From NCBI GenBank assembly GCA_963675295.2, contig CAXXKJ010000002.1, forward strand, positions 2,560,001 through 2,624,000: DNA of 64,000 nt, in the 5' to 3' direction. Below are positions 26,597 through 36,500 of the stretch, one piece after another (the stretch's first letter is position 1; each line of letters begins with the position of its first letter). The notes under the pieces are model-generated. The model had not been told where the DNA came from, did no database searches, and saw nothing but the letters and a program-made list of their open reading frames with translations. A program made the translations under genes and the position numbers. Origin of the DNA: a bacterium. GTDB lineage: Bacteria > Electryoneota > Electryoneia > Electryoneales > Electryoneaceae.

Positions 26597-27613
26597 TCAC
26601 TGGGACGAGTTCCACCAATCGATGAAGATGTCCATGGACTCACCGGCGCGCGGATCGCCAGGGCTGATCTGGCTCATCTGCAAGCTCATACGATTGCCGC
26701 GAACCAGTACTCGACCTGCCTGGAAGCTCTCGCTGCGAGAGCCTTTTGCGCCAATGTCTGTTAGCAGGACGCCGTTAGTTCCTTGCACAAGGAAAATCTT
26801 GATCTCGGGCGGATTACCGTCACGTCCGAGCAGGTAAATCGTGTACTCCGTACCGTTGGGCGCCTTGTATTCAGCCGTTGTCGTCAGGTCGCCCGCCTGG
26901 TAGTTGAAATATTCCGGTTCTTTCAAGTCCTGCGGGATCTCGCGCTGATTGTCCCGCATCCACTCGATAATGGGGGAGACGTCTGATTCGATACTCCCCG
27001 TCGCGGCTTCATCTTCCAGTGTTGGTACGCTCGGACCTTCGCCAACGTCGAGAGACGCACGTCCAGCGGAACGATCAGAGCGGTTTCGTACGGAACCGCG
27101 ATCACCACGTCCCAGGCTGGCACGTGAACCGGCACCGACTTCGACGGACGCGTCACCACGCGGCACGACGATCGCAGAGGTGGAAGCGCGATCTGTTTCA
27201 CGCCGTGCGCCGAGGTCCCGGTCACGTCGCATATCCTGACGGCTGCTGCGTTGCCGCTCCAGATTCAGATCGATTTCCTGCTGCAGCGCGACTTCCTGCT
27301 GCCGCATGCGTTCGCGATCCATCGGTTCACGTTCACGCCGTTCTTCACGCCGTTCTGTCTGCCGGCGTTTAGGGGCTTCTTCCTTCTCTTCCTCTTCCTG
27401 CTCGTCTTCCTGCCGGACTTCCTCGCGTTCTTTCGCCTTGACGATGTCCACAATCACTTCACGGAGTGCTTGCGGCATCTGGGGCGACGTCACGAGGACT
27501 CTCAGCATTGGGAAGACCGTGAACAGGAACAGCATGATCAGGCCGCCCAAAGCGAGCGAGATCCATAAGGCTCGCTTCCGCTTTTTTTGTTCTGGTTCAA
27601 TATCCCAGAGCAC
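26597..27613 (-). CDS. TonB/TolA-like membrane-anchored periplasm-spanning protein
   Basis: Single N-terminal TM after KKRKR, long E/R-rich coil and G/S/R linker, globular C-terminus; follows ExbD genes. Confidence 0.6.
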   Translation of the reverse strand: MLWDIEPEQKKRKRALWISLALGGLIMLFLFTVFPMLRVLVTSPQMPQALREVIVDIVKAKEREEVRQEDEQEEEEKEEAPKRRQTERREERREREPMDRERMRQQEVALQQEIDLNLERQRSSRQDMRRDRDLGARRETDRASTSAIVVPRGDASVEVGAGSRASLGRGDRGSVRNRSDRSAGRASLDVGEGPSVPTLEDEAATGSIESDVSPIIEWMRDNQREIPQDLKEPEYFNYQAGDLTTTAEYKAPNGTEYTIYLLGRDGNPPEIKIFLVQGTNGVLLTDIGAKGSRSESFQAGRVLVRGNRMSLQMSQISPGDPRAGESMDIFIDWWNSSQ

Positions 27614-27615
27614 AA

Positions 27616-28152
27616 TTACTCCCCGGCTGAAGCTTCGTCTTCAGTAGGCGAATCGCCGGACAGGTCGACACCCGGGAAGGGTAGTTCGAGCTGCTGAGCG
27701 ATATCGTAAATATCGATCGTGCCGCTGACCGGTGACAATTCTGTCGGGATGACGTTGACGGCTTCGATTTCCTTCCCGAATTCGTCCATCAACGATCGTA
27801 GTTCCCGCTTCAGTGCCGCCGGGCTGTCAGCCACACGGTTTACGTCGACCTCGTCACCCTGCCGCCAATTGATCAGGTACTCCGGGTTGAAGAGTTCGAC
27901 GGTATACTGGCGAACCTGGCCGTCTTCGTCAAGTCGTTCACGGTTTTCCGCGCGCATGTTCTCCACGGTTGCCGTGACGATGATGCTGATGATCGCCAGA
28001 TTCTGCTCTTCCTCGGACTGTTCCTGCGCTTCCTTTTGAGTATAGGGGAAGCGTATCCGGGATTTTTCAGACAGGTCTGCGATGGAAACAAAGCCGACGA
28101 GGATGATCAGCACCACGTCGATCAGGCGCAGGATTGTTCCTTGGCCTCCCAT
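27616..28152 (-). CDS. ExbD/TolR-like protein (extended)
   Basis: ILRLIDVVLIILVGF TM with conserved Asp; paralogous to neighbour. Confidence 0.75.
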   Translation of the reverse strand: MGGQGTILRLIDVVLIILVGFVSIADLSEKSRIRFPYTQKEAQEQSEEEQNLAIISIIVTATVENMRAENRERLDEDGQVRQYTVELFNPEYLINWRQGDEVDVNRVADSPAALKRELRSLMDEFGKEIEAVNVIPTELSPVSGTIDIYDIAQQLELPFPGVDLSGDSPTEDEASAGE

Positions 28153-28165
28153 GGCTCACCTCTCG

Positions 28166-28549
28166 TTAGCGTTGATCGTGGAAGACGACAATCAAGCTGC
28201 GTGCGAGATCATGTCTGTCGGCAGCCTGAATCACCTTCTTGACTTGTCCCATCGGCGCGCCTTCATCAGCCCGAATGCGAATGTGGAGACTGTCGCCGAA
28301 AACCGACGTTTCGCCAGCGCTGGACAGGTACCGCTCCAGCCTGACAAGGTCCCACGGTTCGCGCTCGTCCTGGAAGAAGATATCTCCCCAGACATCGACG
28401 CTGATCGTAACATTGCCCTCGGTACTGATGTCCGGGGTTCGAACAGTTTCGGTTTCCGCGAGTTCCAGTTTTCGCTGGTTCTCGATGGTTGCCATGCTGA
28501 TGAACCCGAAGAGCACGATCAACACAATGTCGATCAGGCGCAAAATCAT
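28166..28549 (-). CDS. exbD: ExbD/TolR family protein
   Basis: LIDIVLIVLFGF TM; IRADEGAPMGQVKKVI. Confidence 0.9.
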   Translation of the reverse strand: MILRLIDIVLIVLFGFISMATIENQRKLELAETETVRTPDISTEGNVTISVDVWGDIFFQDEREPWDLVRLERYLSSAGETSVFGDSLHIRIRADEGAPMGQVKKVIQAADRHDLARSLIVVFHDQR

Positions 28550-29310
28550 TTCGCGCTCTCCTCAGACTTCTGTTGCTGACGCTTCTGCTGTGCGCGGTTG
28601 ACGAAGTGGAAACGAAGATCGTCGGCCTTGTTGTACATCTGCTCGAGCTGACGTTTGAACATCGCTTCCAAGGTCGTAGCAAACAGGTTCAGCATCACGG
28701 AAATCGCAATACCGACAAGGGTGGTAACCAACGCAGTACCCATCCCGGCGAGGGTGGTCTGGGTATCCAGAACGCCGCCGGTGAAATAGAATACCTGGTA
28801 CATGCCCCAGACGGTACCCAACAGACCAAACGAACCAGCCGAGTCGGACAGGAAGATCATCCAGGACCGGAAGGAGGCGAAACGCTCTTCACGCACCTTG
28901 GTGATCAAATCGACTTCCGCGTGGAAGTTCAGGTCCCCTCGAATCCCCATCGCGTACAGAATCGCGAGCAGACGTCCCATTTCGCCCTTGTTCGCGCGGC
29001 TACGCACGAGCTTGTCAACCTCTTCGGGGTTGCCACGGGCAAAACGGAAGCCGATCAGAGGCTTCGAGTTATTGGTTTCCATGGTCAGCGTGCCGAACTG
29101 ATAGAAGCTGACTACCAGACCGGCGAAGAGCGCGAGCCCCAACGGCCAGACAAAGCCCTGAAGCTGGTCGATCAGGTCACCGACCGTGAAGTTGCGGGTC
29201 GTATCCGCAGCATCCGAGGTTTCCTGTGCGTACCCCATGGACGCCAGCAGAACCAGGCCGGCAACCATACCGCCGACTCCGAGGAGCCGCTTCACTTGCT
29301 CTGTTCTCAC
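28546..29310 (-). CDS. exbB: MotA/TolQ/ExbB proton channel protein
   Basis: FGLLGTVWGM and GMGTALVTTLVGI signature helices; cleavable signal peptide. Confidence 0.9.
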   Translation of the reverse strand: MRTEQVKRLLGVGGMVAGLVLLASMGYAQETSDAADTTRNFTVGDLIDQLQGFVWPLGLALFAGLVVSFYQFGTLTMETNNSKPLIGFRFARGNPEEVDKLVRSRANKGEMGRLLAILYAMGIRGDLNFHAEVDLITKVREERFASFRSWMIFLSDSAGSFGLLGTVWGMYQVFYFTGGVLDTQTTLAGMGTALVTTLVGIAISVMLNLFATTLEAMFKRQLEQMYNKADDLRFHFVNRAQQKRQQQKSEESAK

Positions 29311-29349
29311 TGCACCACCTCTTCGATTCGTGACTCTATGTGACGTGTT

Positions 29350-31212
29350 TTACTCGTTCGCTTCCGTGTCCTCAACTTCATCTTGAACCGGAAGTGGGCG
29401 ATTTCGTTCAGGATTCAGGATCAGCTCGAAATCGGTCGCTGTCCGGTCACCCCCAGCCAGAGCTTTACGAATATCGATATTCCGATGGACCTCGTGGTGA
29501 ACAACTCGCATCCGTCCTTGTCCACCGAGCATCGTTACACCATCTGGCCGGTCATACGTAAACATGTATTCGTAAACTCCCGGCGGGAGCAGGGAGCCAT
29601 CAGCCGCGCGTCCGGTCCACACGATCTCATCCGGCATCGTTGTGGGCGATCCGAGGTCCAAGATAACCTCATTAGCCCCCAGATCGCGAATAGTAAATCT
29701 CCAATCAGCAGAAAACTCATTACTGAAAGCTTTGACGATGTAAAATGGGACCTCACCGACGAAGCGATCTTCAATAAATACGGGGCCTTTGCCCATCAGA
29801 GAGTCGACCGTGGCCAAGCTGAGTTCGTTCGTAAACTCGTTCTTAATCGGGACTTTCTTCTGAACTTGATAACCCCCACCGGTGATCACCTGCTCGAGCC
29901 CCTTGGCGCGGAACACGGATAACTGCGGTGCGATCACCTCGGCCTCGACATCATCCTTCTTCAGATAATGGCCCATCGTTTCCAGAGCACCGAGGTACTC
30001 CGGGGTGTACATCCCGACAGGCGGACGGCTGCGCACACGGTTCGCGCCGGGAATTTCCGCTTCGGCTCGAACGCTGATCTGGCGTTCGTCACCGAAGTCG
30101 CGGGGGCGCAGGTTCATCCGTTCCACCTGACCAAGCGCATCATCCACACGTGCCGTGGTATTGATGTGGCGGATGTTCAGCTCCGTATCCGGCGTGTACA
30201 GATAGATCTGGCCACGAGGGTCTGGAATCGGCCATTCGACACCCTTCGGGTCGTGCAACGGAATCGCGGGGAGGTCCTTGACCTCCGGCAGCGGACGCCG
30301 CTTGTAGGCATCGTAGACAAAGCCGAAACGGTGCGTACCATCCGACAGCAGATCGATCTCTGTCATCGGGTAGTCGTACCGGTAATTGAAGTACCAATTG
30401 TCAACGAGGTGGAACTCAACTTCCGACCAGATGGAACGCTGCCCGCCGTTCAATCGGATCATTGCGCCGTTCCCGATTACCCGGGCGACACCAAATTCCA
30501 GCCGGTCCTGCAGCTCAGTCCAATAGGATGTCTGTCCTGCGGAGCTGAAGTGCGCGTTTTCGACGCTGACCATCGCGGCGCGTAGCTGCCACCACTGGTT
30601 GATACGAAAGACCGCACCACCGCTGAAATGCCAACGTTCCTTCCACTCGCGTTCGCCGACACTCAGGTTCGGCCTGTTGATATCCTCCCACACCGCTGCG
30701 ATCTGCAGGCTCGGAATGGGGCGGAGGAAGATGCCGACGCTTGTGGACCAGTTGACCTTGAAGTCTGCTTCCTGAATGATCGGGTCGCTGAAATCGAACC
30801 GGTAGAATTCCAGCTGATCGTAGTCCATCATAAATGCGTCGAAACTGGCACCCACCGACAGTTGCCGCATGATGGGAATACCCAGTGACGCGCGCCACTG
30901 CGTTTCGCGGTACAAACCGGATTGCAGGTATTGAATGCCCGTTGCCAGCCCACGCCACTTCCACGGGAAGTGATAGCCGAGCATGCCCCCGTGAACCGTC
31001 GTGAAGTTGTCCGTCAGCGACGGATGGTAGAACGTACCCGTGATGCTGAATTTGTCACGGATCCAAGGGTTCAACGCCGGGTTGACAAAAACCGACTCGA
31101 GCAGGTTCAACTCCGCCGGATTCTGCCCATAACGATTGTACGCATGGGCAGTCGTTGCTCCGAGCTGGAGCAAAAACGGCAGTAGCAGGATTCCGAGGAG
31201 TTGTCGTCGCAT
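29350..31212 (-). CDS. PorP/SprF-like outer-membrane barrel with C-terminal periplasmic and FlgD-like Ig domains
   Basis: VFVNPAL, DINRPNL, YRYDYP..GTHRFG barrel motifs; C-terminal IVWTGRAADGSLLPPGVYEY. Confidence 0.7.
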   Translation of the reverse strand: MRRQLLGILLLPFLLQLGATTAHAYNRYGQNPAELNLLESVFVNPALNPWIRDKFSITGTFYHPSLTDNFTTVHGGMLGYHFPWKWRGLATGIQYLQSGLYRETQWRASLGIPIMRQLSVGASFDAFMMDYDQLEFYRFDFSDPIIQEADFKVNWSTSVGIFLRPIPSLQIAAVWEDINRPNLSVGEREWKERWHFSGGAVFRINQWWQLRAAMVSVENAHFSSAGQTSYWTELQDRLEFGVARVIGNGAMIRLNGGQRSIWSEVEFHLVDNWYFNYRYDYPMTEIDLLSDGTHRFGFVYDAYKRRPLPEVKDLPAIPLHDPKGVEWPIPDPRGQIYLYTPDTELNIRHINTTARVDDALGQVERMNLRPRDFGDERQISVRAEAEIPGANRVRSRPPVGMYTPEYLGALETMGHYLKKDDVEAEVIAPQLSVFRAKGLEQVITGGGYQVQKKVPIKNEFTNELSLATVDSLMGKGPVFIEDRFVGEVPFYIVKAFSNEFSADWRFTIRDLGANEVILDLGSPTTMPDEIVWTGRAADGSLLPPGVYEYMFTYDRPDGVTMLGGQGRMRVVHHEVHRNIDIRKALAGGDRTATDFELILNPERNRPLPVQDEVEDTEANE

Positions 31213-31216
31213 ATGC

Positions 31217-31939
31217 TTAACGGAGTACGTAAATGACACCGGAAGCTAGAATTTCCAAGTCTTCTTCCACGATGATGAAGTAGGGGCCGGGACGAACTTC
31301 ATGCCCGAGCCTGTCCACTCCATCCCAGATAATCTCGCCGTTCCGCAGGCTGCGTTTGCCCAGCGACATCACTCGGATGCCGTCCAGCCCAAAGATCCGC
31401 ACCAGCGGCTTCGTGAAGCCCTGGCCCGGACGCGCAACATGCAGCTCGTCGTTATACCCATCCCCGTTCGGCGTGAACGGAAGGGGATACACCTCAACAC
31501 CGTTTTCAAGGTACCCGTCCGCCTTGGTTTCACGCGTCGGGGCTTTCTGCATCGCCTGTTCGATCTCGTCCCACTTATCGCCCTGCACGAACAACGTCAA
31601 TGTGGAAGGACCGGAATATGGGCGTCCCTGCAGGCGGAATGTCGTGTCCAGGGTCACGGTCAGCCGGCTGTTCTTCGGCCATGTTCCAACCGGCCGCAGT
31701 AGGAGATTGTTGCCAGACACGGTCACAGACGCAGGAACATTCTCGTCGGTTGCCGTCGTGACGACGACAGCGGAGCTCACACCATCTGCCATCACCGGGC
31801 GGTCGAACTGCACGATCACGGGGTCGCCGGGCTTGACGATTCCTTCGGTCGCGCCGCCGGCTTCCGGCTGCAAGGTGACTGGCCACGCCAGCACCGGCAG
31901 CAGGCAGATCAACAGTATATATAGAGGAGTGCGAACCAT
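31217..31939 (-). CDS. Big_5 Ig-like protein with T9SS type-B (gliding-associated) CTD
   Basis: Signal peptide; VQFDRPV..LLLRP Ig-like domain; FTPNGDGYND..IF..G..WDG..GPYFIIV..G.IYVLR. Confidence 0.85.
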   Translation of the reverse strand: MVRTPLYILLICLLPVLAWPVTLQPEAGGATEGIVKPGDPVIVQFDRPVMADGVSSAVVVTTATDENVPASVTVSGNNLLLRPVGTWPKNSRLTVTLDTTFRLQGRPYSGPSTLTLFVQGDKWDEIEQAMQKAPTRETKADGYLENGVEVYPLPFTPNGDGYNDELHVARPGQGFTKPLVRIFGLDGIRVMSLGKRSLRNGEIIWDGVDRLGHEVRPGPYFIIVEEDLEILASGVIYVLR

Positions 31940-33072
31940 TACGGACGCTCCAACTGAATGCGAGTTGTGTCAACTGGCGCGTAATCGCGCGGCGTCATCA
32001 CCGTGCCACGGTCGATTTCCCGTGCGACCGCGAACAGCGAATCCGCTGCAACCCGTTCACCCATGTTGAACCGGCAGATCGCGAGGTACTGCACAACATC
32101 TTCGTTCTGCGGCTCCACCAGCAGGGCCTGTTCAAAGACTTCCGCTGCCTTCTCGAAGTTGCCTTCGTAGAAGTAGCTCTCCGCGATCAGCGAAAGGAAT
32201 CCGACTTCGTTTCCCGGCTCGGTCTTCAGGACCATCTCAAAGCGGAACCGTGAGTTGAGCCAGTCATCCATCCCGTAAAATGAGCTCCCGAGATGGCTAT
32301 CGACCATCGGACGTTCGATCAACTCCCGTTCCCGGATCAACGGGTCGTAATCGGTGAGCAGGCTGTCGGTCAGGTAATCCACCTGCCGCAGCTCTTCGTT
32401 GAACAGCAATATCCCCGCGCCACCCTTCTGCGGGGTCATGATTTCCTTGATCAGATCGTTCGAGTGGTTGAACTGCCCGCTCGCATAATAAATATAGGCG
32501 AGACGTTCGTGCACGTTCAGGCTGCGCATTGAGTCGGCAGTCAGGTGTAGCAAATGAGTCCGTGCTTCGTCGTACCGTCCTTCCTTCACCAGCGACTCGC
32601 TGGAGTACTCGAGCATCTCCGAAACAGACAGCGCGCGATCCGCGAATGGGGTCAACACCCAGTCGAGGTAATACCGAACACGCAGGTCGAGATCAATCAG
32701 GTGCCGAGCTTCGGAATAACGTCTGCGTTCGAATGCATTGTACGACTCCTCGGTCAGCTCGATATCAGCGAGCTTCAGCAGATAGAGGAGGTCGTCGCGG
32801 AATTCGTCACTCTGGCGCAGGGACCGGCTGGCGGCGTCAACGAAGGCGTCGTAATCTTCGAGGTAGTACGACACCTCGGCCAGCAGCATGTTGTAATGAG
32901 CGTCATGCGGCCAAGTGTCGAGAATTTGCTTGCGGGCAACCTCGTAGTTCTTGTTTTCCAGCTCCTGCCGGATCGCGGCATAGCGATTCGCGCATCCAAA
33001 CGAAGTAAGGATGAAGATCGCTAGAAGCGGAAAAACAAGCTGCTTCAGGTTTCTCACACAAACGATTTGCAT
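31939..33072 (-). CDS. TPR lipoprotein
   Basis: Lipobox SFG-C; TPR-like helices (AESYFYEGNFEKAAEVFEQALLVEP). Confidence 0.8.
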   Translation of the reverse strand: MQIVCVRNLKQLVFPLLAIFILTSFGCANRYAAIRQELENKNYEVARKQILDTWPHDAHYNMLLAEVSYYLEDYDAFVDAASRSLRQSDEFRDDLLYLLKLADIELTEESYNAFERRRYSEARHLIDLDLRVRYYLDWVLTPFADRALSVSEMLEYSSESLVKEGRYDEARTHLLHLTADSMRSLNVHERLAYIYYASGQFNHSNDLIKEIMTPQKGGAGILLFNEELRQVDYLTDSLLTDYDPLIRERELIERPMVDSHLGSSFYGMDDWLNSRFRFEMVLKTEPGNEVGFLSLIAESYFYEGNFEKAAEVFEQALLVEPQNEDVVQYLAICRFNMGERVAADSLFAVAREIDRGTVMTPRDYAPVDTTRIQLERP

Positions 33073-33336
33073 ACGTCCAGTTCCTGCCTCCGGTCGAAGA
33101 TGCGGAATCGTTGCGAATCACGGAGGGGTCGCGGTCTCATCGGTCTTTGAGTGGCAAATCTAAGAAAAAAAGACCGCATGCCAAGGGATAAGTCCCCTCG
33201 AAATCGTGTTTCTGGTTCCTTTACGAGTGCAGCGGAACGGATATCCACGCTACTAACCAGATTTGGTTGCGGTTTTAAAACAGTGCAGGCTAAGACCGAG
33301 ATTCACAAAATGTTGGTACCGGCAACACAATTAACA

Positions 33337-33477
33337 ACCCGATACCTGACCGCGCAATATACGCGCATTTCTTGCTCGAGTGGAACCCATTTGAGCTTCA
33401 AGAGAGTGCCCGGGTACCCTCGGAACCAAATACTGCCAATCGCCCGGGGCTTTCGCACGGCCTTGTCAGGATTCGGT
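33337..33477 (-). ncRNA. candidate structured RNA / leader upstream of the motor-T9SS operon
   Basis: Closing stem CCGA..CCTGAC / GTCAGG..TCGG plus several internal hairpins; strand inferred from G-U pairs. Confidence 0.35.
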
Positions 33478-33548
33478 GTATTCTACCTTCGAGAGGGTCA
33501 ACAAGAAACAGCGAATCTCACAAAATGTGTCATCGTGAGGGAAAAACA

Positions 33549-33572
33549 AAGCCCCCGGTGGTCCGGGGGCTT
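33549..33572 (-). terminator. intrinsic terminator of tricorn gene
   Basis: aagcccccgg-tggt-ccgggggctt with U-rich tail on - strand. Confidence 0.8.
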
Positions 33573-33599
33573 GGGTTACAACTCAGGCAATATCAAACA

Positions 33600-36500
33600 T
33601 TAGCGTCTGGCACGCTTTGGCCGCGGGTCCGGATTCGGCTCCGGCGGATCAAAACCGTCCAATTGCTGATTGATGATCTGGATGGCTTTATCCAGCTGCG
33701 GATCCTTGCCCGCGATCACATCCTTCGGCGTCTGCTGGACGTACACATCGGGAGCCACGCCGTAGTTTTCGACTCCCCAGGAACCGTCCGGATTGAAGAA
33801 TGCCCAGTTGGGAACGGTGACCGCGCCGCCGTCCAGCAACTCCGGCATGCCACTAATCCCGACCAGTCCGCCCCAGGTGCGCGTACCGACAATCGTGCCG
33901 ATGTTGCGCTTCTTGAATGCGAATGGTAGCCAGTCGCCACCGGACCCGGCGCTCTCGTTGATCAGCATCACCTTCGGACCGAGCACTGTCGCGGTCGGTG
34001 ACTGCTCGAAGCTGCCGGACCGGTTGGTCCAGTAGTTGACCAGCGGACGGTCGAGCATGTCGACAACGAAGTCGGCGATGTGGCCGCCGCCGTTGAAACG
34101 CTCGTCGATGATCACGCCGTCCTTGTCAAGCTGCGAGAAGAAGTAGCGGGTGAAGAATTCGTAGCCAGCGCCGGCCGTGTTCGGCATGTAGACGTATCCG
34201 GCGCGTCCGTTCGTCGCCGCAGCAACCTTGTCGCGGTTGCCATCAACCCAGTCACGCAAGCGCAACGCACGTTCGCTGCGCAGTGGCTCGACAGTGACCT
34301 CGCGCGCGTCATTCATCGACGGCTTGTCGTTCACCGTCAGCACGACCTGCTTGCCGGCCAGGTTCTGGAAGAATTCGAACAGGTTGTCGTCGTCCGTGAT
34401 CTCCATGCCATTGACCGCGAGCAGGTAGTCACCAACGCTGACATCGACACCCGGTTCGGTGAGCGGGGACCGTTCTTCCGCATCCCAGTTCAACCCGCTG
34501 AAGATCGTGTCGAAACGGTAACGGCCGTTTTCAGGCGAGTATTCGGCGCCGAGCAGACCGACGTTGACGCGGTCGACATCCGGCATGTCGCCACCCCAGC
34601 GGTACGCGTGGCCAACAACCAGCTCGCCGATCAGTTCGCCGATAAGGAAGTTGAGGTCTTCGCGATGGCCGACGTACTTCACGAACGGCTGGTACTTCTT
34701 ATACGCGGCGTCCCAGTCGACCCCGTGCATGTCCGGATCGTAGAAGAAGTCGCGCTCGTAACGCCACACTTCGTGGAAGATCTGTTCCCATTCCTTGCGC
34801 GGTTCGACGCGAACCTGCATGTCGGACAAATCGAGACTACCGTCGCCCGGGCTCGGACTGCCGGTCACATCAACAATGCCGTAGGAACCGCTACCGCTGT
34901 ACATCAGCTTGTTGCCGTCGGCGCTGATCATGAAGTTGTAGCTGCCACTGAGGAAGTCTTCCGATTCCTGGTCGTCAATGCTGAAGCGCTTGATGCTTCC
35001 ATCATCGATGTAGAACAGGTAGCCGCCCTCAGCCGTCTGCAGGCCCCAGAACATTCCGCTGCCCGCCGGAACCGAAATGATGCGCTGATCGATGCCGGCG
35101 AAGTCGATGGCAGGCATGCCGTCATCTTCTTCCTCGCCGTCGTCATCATCTTCCGCATCTTCCGCCTCGTCAGCGTCGTCTTCGTCATCCTCTTCATCGG
35201 CGACAACTTCTTCTTCGTCGCTTTCGGGCGCGAACGGCGACGGCTCATCCGCCTGTAGCACGGCCATGTAGATCTCGTCGCTCATCTCGCGACCATAGGA
35301 CGACATCTCCGACCCGGCGATTTGCAGGCCGACGTCGGTGCTGGAGGTGAAGAAGAGGTACTTGCCATCACGGCTGAATGCTGGATCGCCGACCAGGGAG
35401 GTACCATCCGTGATCTGGTGCGTGTCTTTGGACTCGGTGTCATAGACGAAGATCGCGCCAAACTCGTTCGGCAAGGTGCCACGGTAGGCGATGTAACGGC
35501 CATCCGCGGACCATGTCGGGTCGAACCAGCGGCCCATGCAGTCGGTCGCGACCTTCACGACCTTCTTGTCTTCAACATCATAATAGAATAGGGAACGCAG
35601 GTTGTCGGTGTAGAGGACCTTCTCGCCTTCCGGATCCCAGGACTCGAGGAAGTAATAGTTGTCCGGGCCGATCTTGTGGATTTCCGGCTCGTCCTTGCCG
35701 AGCTGATCAACGATGTGCAGCCGGTATTCGCCGGACGCATCGGACAGATACGCAATCATTCCGCCCTTGGGTGACCACAACGCATAGCGTTCGTTCACGC
35801 CAGGCGTGTTCGTGATGTTACGCACCTCGCCCTTGTCTTCCGGTACGGTCCAGACATCACCACGGGCCGTGAACAGGCCGCGCTTGCCGGTGGGGGAGAC
35901 CTCGAACCAGTGCGCCATGTTGCCAACGTCCTCAAAGTGCGGGCGCGTGTCCGGCAGGTCCGGGTTGATGTAGACATCGACCACGTTGATGCGGCCGCTG
36001 GTGGTGTCGAGCGTGTGGATCTCGCCTGCCTGCTCAAACACCAGCGTGTTGTCGTAGCCCTTCAAGGACTTGACATCGTAATCGCGGTAGGTGGTCAGCT
36101 GCGAGACCTCACCCGTGTTCGTGTTGTAGGAGAACACGTTCATCGTGTGGTTGCGGTCGGAGAGGAAATAGATCATGTCGCCGAGCCACACCGGGTAGGT
36201 GTCGTTGGCGTGCGTTTCGCCGCCGGTCACCGGGTCGGTGAAGCTGGCGCGCGGGATCTCGGTGACGTCCATCGACGAGCGGTCGAAGATCCAGATCCAC
36301 GGGCTCAGGCCACCTCGGTAACGCTTCCAGGTCGCGAACGGATCTCCGACCATGGTGTACGCAATCTGCTGGCCGTTCGGGGAGAAGCAGGCGCGGGAAA
36401 CACGCGGCAGTTCGACCTGTTCCGGCCAGCCGCCGTCGGTGGAAACCGTAAACAGCTTGCCGTAGCGGCGGGTTTCCGAATTTCGTGTGGAAAGGAACAG

